Source of the DNA: Candidatus Latescibacterota bacterium
Lineage (GTDB): Bacteria > Latescibacterota > UBA2968
DNA length: 64,000 nt
Direction of reading: 5' to 3'
NCBI GenBank assembly: GCA_965208125.1
Contig: OZ242320.1
Coordinates: 3,232,001-3,296,000, forward strand
Shown: one piece after another, positions 49,910 to 58,937 of the stretch
Numbering within the stretch: position 1 is the stretch's first letter
Layout of the letters: each line of letters opens with the position of its first letter
Notes under the pieces: generated by a model
Databases searched by the model: none
The model's input: the letters and a program-made list of their open reading frames with translations, nothing else
Told to the model about the DNA's origin: nothing
Position numbers and translations under genes: made by a program

Positions 49910-51298
49910 ATGTCTGACCGTCCCAATATTCTGATGATTATGTCCGATGAGCACGACCCGGCAGTGATGGGGTGTTATGGCGATTCTATTGTGCAAACGC
50001 CGCATATGGACCGACTGGCAGAAGAGGGTGTTGTGTTTGATGCGGCTTATACGACTTCGCCGCTTTGCGCGCCTGCGCGTGCGAGTTTTACGGCGGTGCA
50101 ATACGTGAGTCGCTGTGGGGTGTGGACCAATGATTGTCAGTTGCCCTCTGACGATTATCCTTCGCTGCCTCACGCGCTGAATGCGGTGGGCTATGAATGC
50201 TGGCTGGGTGGCAAGATGCATTTTTCGGGTACACATCGCTATGGTTTTCGCGATGTTTATCCCGGTGCGAATCAGGGGGACAGGAGTGGCAAGGGCGGGA
50301 GGCGCGCGTTCGATGATCTGAGTGAATCGAGTTTTGGTTGGGAAGGGCGGGTGGCGGCTTTTAAGACGAGTGATACATCGCCCGTTTTGGAGAGGGACCG
50401 CAAGGTGACAGCGGAGTGCAGTGCGTTTTTGCAGAATCGCTCGGCGGATGATAAGCCGTTCTTTTTGCTGGCAGGTTATGTGGCACCGCATTTTCCGCTG
50501 ACTATTCCAGAAGCGTATTACACGCCTTATAAAGATAAGGTGCCCATGCCCGAGATTCCCGAGGGTTTTTTGGAGACGTTGCCGACCAATTACAAGCATT
50601 TGCGAGCCGGGTTTGGCGTGACAAAGGCGACGCCCGAGCAGACGAAGTTGGGGCGCGAGCTTTACTGGGGTTTTGTGAATTGGCTGGACGACGAGATCGG
50701 CAAGTTGCTCGCCGCGCTCAATGATTCCGAAGTGGCGGATAATACGATTGTGATTTACTGCACGGATCACGGCGAGAACAAGGGCGATCACGGGTTGTGG
50801 TGGAAGAATAATATGTATGAGCACGCTTCGCGGACGCCGCTGATTGTGTCTTTTCCAAAACGCTGGGCAGGTGGGCAGCGGCGGACGGGTGTGTGTTCGC
50901 TGGTGGATCTGGCGCAGACCATAGCGGAGATCGGCGGGGCGGAACGGTCAGATGACTGGGATGGCGAGTCGTTGCTCAATTATCTGGACGATGGGAATAG
51001 CGAGTGGCGGGATATTGCGGTGAGCGAATACTACGCCCACAATATTGCGTCGGGCATGATGATGGTTCGGCAGGGTCCGTGGAAATACGTGTATCACGCG
51101 CGGTTTGATGAGGTGCATGGACCCGAACGCGAGTTGTACAATTTGGAAGATGATGCTGGAGAATTTAACAATCTGGCAGATGATCCCGCGCAGGCCGATC
51201 GCATCGCACAATTGCACGATTTGTTGACGAGGGAATTGAGACGCGATCCCGAAGAGGCTGAGGCGCAAAGCCGAGCGGATTTGGCGAAGGGGTATTGA
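49910..51298 (+). CDS. Sulfatase (choline-sulfatase-like)
   Basis: IMSDEH, CAPAR motif, GKMHF, TDHGE, WWKNNMYE. Confidence 0.93.
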   Translation: MSDRPNILMIMSDEHDPAVMGCYGDSIVQTPHMDRLAEEGVVFDAAYTTSPLCAPARASFTAVQYVSRCGVWTNDCQLPSDDYPSLPHALNAVGYECWLGGKMHFSGTHRYGFRDVYPGANQGDRSGKGGRRAFDDLSESSFGWEGRVAAFKTSDTSPVLERDRKVTAECSAFLQNRSADDKPFFLLAGYVAPHFPLTIPEAYYTPYKDKVPMPEIPEGFLETLPTNYKHLRAGFGVTKATPEQTKLGRELYWGFVNWLDDEIGKLLAALNDSEVADNTIVIYCTDHGENKGDHGLWWKNNMYEHASRTPLIVSFPKRWAGGQRRTGVCSLVDLAQTIAEIGGAERSDDWDGESLLNYLDDGNSEWRDIAVSEYYAHNIASGMMMVRQGPWKYVYHARFDEVHGPERELYNLEDDAGEFNNLADDPAQADRIAQLHDLLTRELRRDPEEAEAQSRADLAKGY

Positions 51299-53400
51299 TG
51301 GACCTGTCGTTATACGAGACGATCTGGCTGGTCGGCGCGGCGATTGCCGCCGGGTTGCTCTGGGGCATTTTTGCCTCGGCGATAAAACGGAAAGGCACGC
51401 CGCTGCCGCTGTTGTTGTTGATTTCAGCGGGGGCGCTCTGGTACACTGGGGACGCGCTGCGCATTTTGATCGAGCAGGCTGCGCCGGATGCTGGTGCAGT
51501 GAATTATGCGGCGCATGTGGCGCGTTTTGGGCTGGATTTTTTGCCGTCTGCGCTGCTGGCAACGGTGCTGGCTTTTGCAGATGAACACAAGGTGGCGCGT
51601 GGGTTGCGGCGGTATCTTATTCCGATCACTTTTGTGCCGGGGGTGATCATTTTTTTGATTGGCATGTCTCAAGCGCCGATCAAGCGCGTGAGTTTTAGCC
51701 TGTATGCTATTGCTATGCTTCTGTTTTCGGCGTATCTCTGCCGGGGATTTGCGATGCGGTCGGAGACAGAGGTGCATAAGGTGTTTTACAGGTTGATGGC
51801 ATTCTCGCTGACGGGTATCGCGGTTTTGACGGTGTTTGCGTATCCGATTGGGTTGCTTCAAAGTGCTGTTGTGGGACCTGTGCTCGCGCTGGTGCTTTTT
51901 CTTTCGCCTATCGCTCCGGCGTATATTCTGGGGTATTTTATTTATCGGTATAGCTTTTTCCAGATTGTGGTGAATCCCGCGTTGTTTTATTCTGCGCTGA
52001 CGGGTATTGTGTTGACGGTTTATTTGCTGGTGATCCGGCGCGTTGCAGAGGCATTGGGCCGTCTGGATAGTGGGTTCAGGGTAGAGGTGGTTGAGGCTAT
52101 TTTGATTTCGTTGCTGATTTTTTTGTTTCAGCCGATTAAGAATCGGTTGCAGGGGATCATCAATCGCCTGTTTTTCAGAGCGCGATACGAGTATCAGCAT
52201 TTGCTGGGTACGCTGAGTCAAACGCTGAATGTACCACACGCGCTGGAGAGGCGGTTGAAGTCGGTGGTGGATGCGGTTGGAACTGTGTTGAAGGTACACG
52301 CTGTTTCGCTGGTGGTGTTTGAGTACGAGGAGGGGCAGGTGAGTCAGGTGGAGGTGATCGCAAGCAGTGGTTTGCCGGGGTTTGAGCCGCCTGTGACACC
52401 GTTTGGGGATGGGGACGGGGCGCAGATTGAAGCGGTGGTCGGCTGGTTGTTGACCCATCGCCGACCGCTGGATGTGGGCGATTTGCACCACCCGACACTT
52501 ACTGCAATACTCGCAAAGCAAGGGGTTGAACTGTGTATTCCGGTGTTGCAAGAGGAGAAGCCGGTTGGTTTGCTCTGTCTGGGGGAGAAGAAACGCGGGG
52601 GATCTTTTTCTTCTGAAGAATGGGACTTGCTGGGTACGCTTTGCAATCAGATTGCTCTGGCGGTTGAAAATACGCGCCTGGTGGAGCGGCGGTTGCAATT
52701 GGAGCGGCAGATGTACGAGGCGGAACGGCTTTCGGCGTTGGGGTTGCTTTCGGCGAGTATTGCGCACGAGGTGAAGAATCCCCTGAGTTCAATCAAGGCG
52801 ATTGCGACTGTGTTGCGGGAGGATTTGCAGGGTGATCAGACAAAGGCGGGCGATTTGTCTGTGGTGTTGCGCGAGATTGATCGGCTAAACCGCGTGGTGG
52901 ATCGTCTGCTCAGGTTTGCTCAGCCCAAGCAGGATGATGGGTTTCAGGTGCTGGACCTGAAGGCGGTGCTGGAAGATGTGGTGCTGATTTTGTTTCACGA
53001 GGCGGAGCGACAGAATGTGGCGGTCTGTTTCGAAGTGGCGGATGGTCTCGTGGTGACGGGCGATCCAGAGGATTTGAAGGAAGTGTTTTTCAATTTGATT
53101 TTGAACGGTATTCAGGCTATGGAAGGCGATTGCACAGAGCGGCGATTGACGGTGCAGGCGCGGCGGTTGCAAGGCGGTGTGGAGGTGCGGGTGTCGGATA
53201 CGGGTCCGGGGATTTCAGAGGAGAATCAGGCTCGCATTTTTGAGCCGTTTTTTACGACAAAGGCTTCGGGTACGGGGTTGGGGCTTGCGATTGTGAAGCG
53301 CGATGTGGAGCGCATGGGGGGTGCGATTGAGGTGGCAAATCCAGATGGGGCGGGCGCGGTGTTTGCGGTTCAACTTCCCGGGGGGGATGATGCAGTATAA
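51295..53400 (+). CDS. Multi-pass membrane sensor histidine kinase with GAF domain
   Basis: Many N-terminal TMs, GAF (GLLCLGEK..G..FS.E...L..L..QIA.A), H-box AHEVKNPL, N/G boxes NGIQA, DTGPGI, GTGLGL. Confidence 0.93.
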   Translation: MMDLSLYETIWLVGAAIAAGLLWGIFASAIKRKGTPLPLLLLISAGALWYTGDALRILIEQAAPDAGAVNYAAHVARFGLDFLPSALLATVLAFADEHKVARGLRRYLIPITFVPGVIIFLIGMSQAPIKRVSFSLYAIAMLLFSAYLCRGFAMRSETEVHKVFYRLMAFSLTGIAVLTVFAYPIGLLQSAVVGPVLALVLFLSPIAPAYILGYFIYRYSFFQIVVNPALFYSALTGIVLTVYLLVIRRVAEALGRLDSGFRVEVVEAILISLLIFLFQPIKNRLQGIINRLFFRARYEYQHLLGTLSQTLNVPHALERRLKSVVDAVGTVLKVHAVSLVVFEYEEGQVSQVEVIASSGLPGFEPPVTPFGDGDGAQIEAVVGWLLTHRRPLDVGDLHHPTLTAILAKQGVELCIPVLQEEKPVGLLCLGEKKRGGSFSSEEWDLLGTLCNQIALAVENTRLVERRLQLERQMYEAERLSALGLLSASIAHEVKNPLSSIKAIATVLREDLQGDQTKAGDLSVVLREIDRLNRVVDRLLRFAQPKQDDGFQVLDLKAVLEDVVLILFHEAERQNVAVCFEVADGLVVTGDPEDLKEVFFNLILNGIQAMEGDCTERRLTVQARRLQGGVEVRVSDTGPGISEENQARIFEPFFTTKASGTGLGLAIVKRDVERMGGAIEVANPDGAGAVFAVQLPGGDDAV

Positions 53401-54781
53401 AATTCTGATTGTGGATGACGACTCTGCGGCGCGGTACGGGTTGAAGCGGGCACTTGCGGCACTGGGATGTGAGATTGTCGAAGCAGAGGACGGCGAGGCG
53501 GCACTGGCGGCTGTGGCACAGAGCAATCCCGATTTGTTGATTTGCGATATCCAGATGCCAAAGATGGACGGGTTGACGCTGGTGAAGCGATTGGCTGATC
53601 AGGGGGATGCGCGGCCTGTTATTGTGATTACAGCTTATGGGTCGGAGCGGGTTGCTGTGGAGGCGATGAAGGCGGGGGCTTACGATTATTTGAGCAAGCC
53701 CTACGATGTGGATGAGTTGCGCTGTCTGGTGGAGAATGTGCTGGAGACGGTGCGGTTGCGGCGGGAGAATGAGACGCTTCGCAACGAGATTCGGCAACAG
53801 TCGGGGTTTGGGTTGCTGATTGGTCGCAGCCGCGCGATGGAGGGGATCTATGATTTGATCGGGAAGGTGGCTGCGACAGATGCGGGGGTGCTGATTAGCG
53901 GGGAGAGTGGTACGGGTAAGGAGTTGGTCGCGCGGGCGATTCACGAGCAGAGCGGGCGAAAGGCGCGGCCTTTTGTCGCGGTGAATGCAGCGGCGCTGCC
54001 GACAGAGTTGATCGAGAGCGAGTTGTTCGGGCATGAGCGGGGTGCGTTTACCGGGGCGACTGCGCGGCGGCAGGGCAAGTTTGAGCTTGCGGATGGTGGG
54101 ACGCTGTTTTTGGACGAGATCGGCGATATGCATATCGAGACGCAGGCGAAGTTGTTGCGCGTGCTGGAGGAGCAACAGTTTGAGCGGCTGGGCGGTTCGG
54201 AGACGGTGACAGTGGATGTTCGGATTATCAGTGCGACGAATAAGGATTTGCCAGCGGAGATAGTGGAAGGGCGGTTTCGGGAGGATCTTTTTTATCGCTT
54301 GAAGGTGGTGGATATTTTTTTGCCGCCGTTGCGGGATCGGCGCGAGGATATTCCGCTGCTCGTTCAGCATTTTTTGGCGCGTTTTAATGATCAGCACGGC
54401 AAGGCGATGACAGATGTCCCGCCGGATGTGATGAAGATGCTGATGGTGTATGGCTGGCCGGGCAATATCCGAGAGTTGATGCACGCGGTTGAGCGGGCGG
54501 TTATTTTTTCGGATGGGTCCGAGTTGCGTCGCGATTTGCTTCCCCAGGAGGTTCGGGGCGTTGAGTCTGTGGAGGGCCCTGAGTCTGTCTGGCGGGATGG
54601 GGTGTTTTTTCAGGATGCGAAGCAGGAGGTTGTGCAGTCTTTTGAGGTTGCGTTTATTCGAGCCGCATTGGAATACTACGAAGGTAATATTAGCCGTACA
54701 GCACCGGCTATTGGTATGAAACGGCAGGCGCTGCAACAGAAGTTGAAGGAGCACGGGATTGATCCCGGGATTTATCGTTAG
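53387..54781 (+). CDS. Sigma-54-dependent response regulator (NtrC family)
   Basis: REC (ILIVDDD, CDIQMP), GESGTGKE, GAFTGA, FLDEIG, WPGNIREL, Fis-type HTH. Confidence 0.96.
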   Translation: MMQYKILIVDDDSAARYGLKRALAALGCEIVEAEDGEAALAAVAQSNPDLLICDIQMPKMDGLTLVKRLADQGDARPVIVITAYGSERVAVEAMKAGAYDYLSKPYDVDELRCLVENVLETVRLRRENETLRNEIRQQSGFGLLIGRSRAMEGIYDLIGKVAATDAGVLISGESGTGKELVARAIHEQSGRKARPFVAVNAAALPTELIESELFGHERGAFTGATARRQGKFELADGGTLFLDEIGDMHIETQAKLLRVLEEQQFERLGGSETVTVDVRIISATNKDLPAEIVEGRFREDLFYRLKVVDIFLPPLRDRREDIPLLVQHFLARFNDQHGKAMTDVPPDVMKMLMVYGWPGNIRELMHAVERAVIFSDGSELRRDLLPQEVRGVESVEGPESVWRDGVFFQDAKQEVVQSFEVAFIRAALEYYEGNISRTAPAIGMKRQALQQKLKEHGIDPGIYR

Positions 54782-54790
54782 GACGAATAC

Positions 54791-54855
54791 GGGCGGGCAC
54801 AGGGGCACCGCCCCTACAACTGAACTATGTAGGGACAACCCCCTGTGGTTGTCCT
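54791..54855. repeat. Inverted doublet of GTAG-type REP elements (REPIN-like)
   Basis: GGGCGGGCACAGGGGCACCGCCCCTAC (54791-54817, minus copy) + 11 bp + GTAGGGACAACCCCCTGTGGTTGTCCT (54829-54855). Confidence 0.65.
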
Positions 54856-54898
54856 TGCGTCGATAAACTGCTAATAAAATTTACAATCTGTTTAACAG

Positions 54899-54933
54899 AT
54901 CCGGAGATACACATTGTGTCTCCGGATTTTTTT
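54899..54933 (+). terminator. Rho-independent terminator after the response regulator
   Basis: ATCCGGAGATAC-ACATT-GTGTCTCCGGAT followed by T-tract. Confidence 0.8.
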
Positions 54934-54942
54934 GTGTCTGCC

Positions 54943-54982
54943 GTGCAGTACTCAGTTTGCAGGTGCAATATTGAGTTTGCAC
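54943..54982 (+). promoter_or_regulatory. Tandem upstream activator sites (putative enhancer for a sigma-54 activator)
   Basis: Two adjacent 20-mers GTGCAGTACTCAGTTTGCAG and GTGCAATATTGAGTTTGCAC, each TGCA-N10-TGCA. Confidence 0.65.
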
Positions 54983-55045
54983 TAATTGGGCGATTTTGGG
55001 GGTGGATAACAGGGAAAATGGCCTTTTTCGAGGGTAAAATGGTTT

Positions 55046-55061
55046 TGGCACGGGATTTGCA
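55046..55061 (+). promoter_or_regulatory. Sigma-54 (-24/-12) promoter
   Basis: TGGCAC-GGGAT-TTGCA matches TGGCAC-N5-TTGC(A/T) exactly, 55 bp before ATG 55117. Confidence 0.88.
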
Positions 55062-55116
55062 TATGACGTGTTGTGACCGCGAAGTTTGAGATGTGAACTT
55101 TTAGAAGGAGGCTGAG

Positions 55117-55764
55117 ATGTCAACGCTTACATCGACGTTTGCGACCGCGTTTCCAGGTCAGGTTGCCAATTTGATTACCGCGGGCCGGGTGGTTCTGCTG
55201 TTTCTGGCGACGGCTTTTGCCGTGTCTGGAGATGCGATGCTGGCGTGGGTTGCGGTGCCGCTCGCTTTTGTTGCGCTGGTGATGGATTGGCTGGATGGGT
55301 ATCTCGCGCGGCGGTTGGGTTGCGAGAGCAAGGTCGGGGGGTTGCTGGATATTGTTGGGGATCGGATTGCGGAGAATGTGTGGTGGGTGGTGTTTGCGTG
55401 GTTGCATGTCATTCCGCTATGGGTGCCGATTGTGGTGCTCAGCAGGGGGTTTGTGACGGATGCGATTCGCAGTTGTGCCCTGACCAAAGGATTCACGGCG
55501 TTTGGCGAGTCAACGATGATGAAGTCGCGGATTGGGTTCGCGCTGGTTGCCTCGCGCGTGAGCCGGGCGACGTACGGGACTTCCAAGGTGGTCGCGTTTG
55601 TGCTGTTGTTCAGCCTGAATGCGGCGCAGGAGATGTCGGGTTTGACGCCCGCATTTTTATCCTGGCTCGAACTGGTTGCTGTGGCGGCGACGTATCTGAC
55701 GGTCGCGCTCTGTGTTATTCGGGCGATTCCAGTGGTTACGGCTGCGAAACGGGTTGTTGTTTAA
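55117..55764 (+). CDS. CDP-alcohol phosphatidyltransferase family protein
   Basis: ANLIT.GR, DWLDGYLARRLG..S..G..LDIVGD signature; RBS AAGGAGG. Confidence 0.92.
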   Translation: MSTLTSTFATAFPGQVANLITAGRVVLLFLATAFAVSGDAMLAWVAVPLAFVALVMDWLDGYLARRLGCESKVGGLLDIVGDRIAENVWWVVFAWLHVIPLWVPIVVLSRGFVTDAIRSCALTKGFTAFGESTMMKSRIGFALVASRVSRATYGTSKVVAFVLLFSLNAAQEMSGLTPAFLSWLELVAVAATYLTVALCVIRAIPVVTAAKRVVV

Positions 55765-55788
55765 GATCGCGATTTTCAGGAGAATAAG

Positions 55789-56793
55789 ATGAAACGGGAA
55801 ACGCATATTGTGCTTTGTCTGATAGGGTTTGCTGGCCTGGGTGTGCTTTTGTACCAGCTCAGTACCCCAGAGGTGTGGCAGCATGTTTTGATGATGGGCT
55901 GGGGCTATGTGCCGGTGATCGGCCTGTCGCTGGTGGTATTTGTTCATCAGGCGTGGATATGGCGGGCGTGCTTTGATCGCAGGGCGAAAAGGCCGCGTTT
56001 GAGGCAGTTGCTGTGGGTGCAGCTGGCTGGCGAGGCGGTGGGCAATGTGGCGCCGGCATCGCAGGTTGGCAAGGAGGTCGGCAAGGCGATTGTGCTGAGA
56101 GACAAGATGTGCGTTTCCAGTGGGGTGTCATCGCTGGTGGTCAATAAGACGGGTGAGATGATTGGTGGGGTGATTTTTGTGATAGGTGGTGTTGTGTTGG
56201 GTTTGCAGCGGTTTTCGTGGTCTGCTGAGGTGCGAGGTGCTCTGATCGCTGTTCTGGCGTTGTCTGTTCTGGGGGTTGTTTGGACGGTTTTCAGGCAGCG
56301 TCGGAGTCCCTTTGCGCGATTTTTGAATTTGATGCTGTGGTTGCGGCTCAGGTTTTTGGAGCGGTTCCGCGATCGCGCAGTGGAGATTGACGAGAATTTA
56401 GCGCAGTTTTATCGGCTGAATAGGTGGCGGTTGGTGGGTTTGCTGATGCTCCATGTGTTGGGCTGGTTTCTGGGTACGCTGGAGATCTATGTGATTCTTT
56501 ATGTGCTCGGCGAACCGATGCCGTTTGTTTGGGTGTATCTGTTCCACGCGCTGATGGTCGTGATTAACGCGGCGTTCTTTTTTGTTCCGCTCGGGATGGG
56601 CGTTTTTGAAGGTGGGCATGTGTTTCTGTTTCATTTGATGGGTTTGGATCCAAAGATGGGTTTGGCTGTGGGCATTGTTCGGCGGATTCGGAGGCTTTTC
56701 TGGATGCAGGTGGGTCTAACTTTGCTGCTGATCGGACCGCGGGGCAAGCAGGCTGATGCAGCGCCGAAAAATGATAGCCTTCAGCAGGTGTAG
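55789..56793 (+). CDS. Lysylphosphatidylglycerol synthase TM / flippase-like (UPF0104) membrane protein
   Basis: Multi-TM, GEAVGNVAP...G.E..KA, FFVPLGMGVFEGG, RRIRRLFW. Confidence 0.8.
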   Translation: MKRETHIVLCLIGFAGLGVLLYQLSTPEVWQHVLMMGWGYVPVIGLSLVVFVHQAWIWRACFDRRAKRPRLRQLLWVQLAGEAVGNVAPASQVGKEVGKAIVLRDKMCVSSGVSSLVVNKTGEMIGGVIFVIGGVVLGLQRFSWSAEVRGALIAVLALSVLGVVWTVFRQRRSPFARFLNLMLWLRLRFLERFRDRAVEIDENLAQFYRLNRWRLVGLLMLHVLGWFLGTLEIYVILYVLGEPMPFVWVYLFHALMVVINAAFFFVPLGMGVFEGGHVFLFHLMGLDPKMGLAVGIVRRIRRLFWMQVGLTLLLIGPRGKQADAAPKNDSLQQV

Positions 56794-56828
56794 ATGTAGT
56801 GCATCATTTAACTAAAAAAGGAGAAATA

Positions 56829-57356
56829 ATGACACGCTCAATTTCTTATCTGGTCTGTGTCTTTTCGATTGTAACCTTCAGTTTTTCAGCTCAGGCGAAA
56901 AAGACTGACCTTACCAAGAGTTATGGTATTGGTCTTCAGGGCGCGACACCCACATTTGGTGGGATTAGTTTTCGCTATAACGGACTGGCTCCCGTATATC
57001 TTCAAACCGTTGGACGTTTTATTCTCAATGGTCAGTATAGCGATCATATGTTAGGTGCTGGCGTTTCGTATGCGATATTCGAGCATCAAAGCCGGTGGAA
57101 CGTTGCCCGACTTCATTTCACTCTCGAAGGCGGCTGGCAAGAGAAAAAAGAGGAGGATCTCCGTCAAGAGACTGTCAAGACCACGACGCTGGGAACTGGA
57201 CTCAGTTTTGGCGGCGAGATTGTGTTTTCACTCGGGGGGATTCCTCTGGGTTTGAATGTGGAAATCGGTCAGGGATTTGGTCGGGAAAAAACTGGCTCTC
57301 AATCTAAGGGTCTCGCTGGCGTTTATGCAGGCGGAGGTGTCCATGCCTATTTTTAG
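56829..57356 (+). CDS. Small outer membrane beta-barrel protein
   Basis: RBS AAGGAG, signal peptide AQA-K, alternating beta-strand pattern, C-terminal GVHAYF. Confidence 0.7.
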   Translation: MTRSISYLVCVFSIVTFSFSAQAKKTDLTKSYGIGLQGATPTFGGISFRYNGLAPVYLQTVGRFILNGQYSDHMLGAGVSYAIFEHQSRWNVARLHFTLEGGWQEKKEEDLRQETVKTTTLGTGLSFGGEIVFSLGGIPLGLNVEIGQGFGREKTGSQSKGLAGVYAGGGVHAYF

Positions 57357-57419
57357 ATATGGCAAAATTGCTGCCTGAGGTTGTCCAAATTATTGAAAAT
57401 AAAAAATATTTGAAAAACC

Positions 57420-57675
57420 GCGGGAATGATATATTTTACTTTTGTCAACAGTCGAGCAGGTGCCGTTATGTCGGGTATCTGCTGAATACAATAGCCGAGT
57501 ATAGACATGGACTGATCCCCCATGTCTCGGTAAATAGGTAGGACATTCCCGCATTTCTATTCCTGCGTGACTGTTGACAATGCCCGACACCCCTTTTTTG
57601 GGGTGTCGAGACACGCAGTTGTCAACTCGTCACACTGCGCCTTGCGTAGATGAGGAACGAAATGCGATTTTTTTT
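57420..57675. other. Highly self-complementary intergenic element (candidate structured RNA / attenuator / MITE)
   Basis: Several 8-19 bp inverted repeats with alternative partners, ending in a T8 tract; see findings. Confidence 0.45.
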
Positions 57676-57698
57676 GTACGACACAAAAGGAGTAATCC

Positions 57699-58859
57699 AT
57701 GCAGGTCGAATACAACGCGAGTAAAACCATTGTCATCTTTGTCACTACAGCCTTCTTGCTCAACGCGATGGCTCCCTCACTCGCGTATGCAGCTACATAT
57801 TTGCAAGGGGCAGAGGTCAATGCCAATACGTTGGTCCGAGATGCTTATGTGCAAGTCACCTATCGCGATAGCAACGACCAGGAAAAAACGGAGAGGGGAT
57901 GGATTGATGCGATTGGTGAAACTTCGTTCACGATTCGGAGCGGCGGTGTCAAGGACAAGAAGACCATTGCCTACGATAAAGTTGTGTCCGTGATCAGGAG
58001 CGATGAATCAACCGTGCCAGCGAAGCAGATGAATGAGGTGAATCGGTTTATTAGAGAAAACATTAGCGTGCAAGAGACAGAAAACAGACCTGACCAGATT
58101 CTCGCTCAAGTGCTCAAAGGCAGTGGTATAGATGGTGATAAAGTTGGGATCGGTACTTTTGTCGAGGTGATTTATGGAAAAGGAGAGCGAGATTCCATAT
58201 CGGGAGATTGGGAAGAACAGCAAACCCTGAGAGGATATATTCAAGCTATTGATGCGAAGAGATTGATCGTTGGCGAACGGTTCAGGAAGAAGAAGATCGC
58301 CTTAGACCGCATTCAAAAGCTGACGCCTGTCAAAAACTTTAGACAATCACCAATTGAGATCGGTGCCGAAATTCTATCTGTGCGGTACGCGATCAATTAC
58401 TCCGATGATTCCGAGGCCCTCGGTGCCTTAGTCGGGGATACTGGCACACTCATTGGTATGGGAGGAGGCTTGTACGGGAGACTATTGCCATTAATCTATG
58501 TATCTGGTTTTTCTTTTTCAAGATTGACTTTTGACCTGGGTGGAGGGCTTACTTCTGCCTACTGGGATGGCGGGAATTTTACCGCTTGGGGCGCACAGGG
58601 TGGGGTCGCTTATTTCTTGACCAAGAAAACATTGAACGCTGTTTATATCAGGTCTTTCGCGACAATATTGACCCGTTCCACAGTTGGTGCGGGAATAGGT
58701 ATTGGGTATCGCCGCGTTTTCCAGAACAAGATGGCGATCAGGATTGAGCCATCATATAAGCGATGGTTTTTTAATGGACAAAGACGGAGCAATCTCATGC
58801 TCCATCTGAAGTATGGCGTCATTTTGGGTGGGAAATCCCCGTCCTCAAACTCGAAATGA
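57699..58859 (+). CDS. Exported modular protein: conserved leader, two small beta domains, C-terminal beta-barrel-like region
   Basis: RBS AAGGAG; signal peptide ..LLNAMAPSLAYA-A; repeated V.V.Y...RG.I.AI....I......I..D.I unit. Confidence 0.7.
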   Translation: MQVEYNASKTIVIFVTTAFLLNAMAPSLAYAATYLQGAEVNANTLVRDAYVQVTYRDSNDQEKTERGWIDAIGETSFTIRSGGVKDKKTIAYDKVVSVIRSDESTVPAKQMNEVNRFIRENISVQETENRPDQILAQVLKGSGIDGDKVGIGTFVEVIYGKGERDSISGDWEEQQTLRGYIQAIDAKRLIVGERFRKKKIALDRIQKLTPVKNFRQSPIEIGAEILSVRYAINYSDDSEALGALVGDTGTLIGMGGGLYGRLLPLIYVSGFSFSRLTFDLGGGLTSAYWDGGNFTAWGAQGGVAYFLTKKTLNAVYIRSFATILTRSTVGAGIGIGYRRVFQNKMAIRIEPSYKRWFFNGQRRSNLMLHLKYGVILGGKSPSSNSK

Positions 58860-58937
58860 TCTCGCAGGTCTGAGGGATTTTGTATTAATAGGGGTCTATG
58901 TCCTGAGTTTGTGACAAAGACCAATCACGAAAGGTAA

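Noticed and set aside
51295-54781. Assigning the two-component system as PrsK/PrsR or NtrB/NtrC
   Set aside because: Architecture is similar but no PEP-CTERM, exosortase or nitrogen genes are nearby; orthology not shown
51424-54838. Long antisense ORFs (447 and 528 aa) over the kinase and regulator
   Set aside because: Typical antisense shadows of conserved genes; no RBS or domain evidence
57359-57993. Short ORFs across the structured intergenic region
   Set aside because: No RBS or protein-like composition; nucleic-acid structure explains the region better
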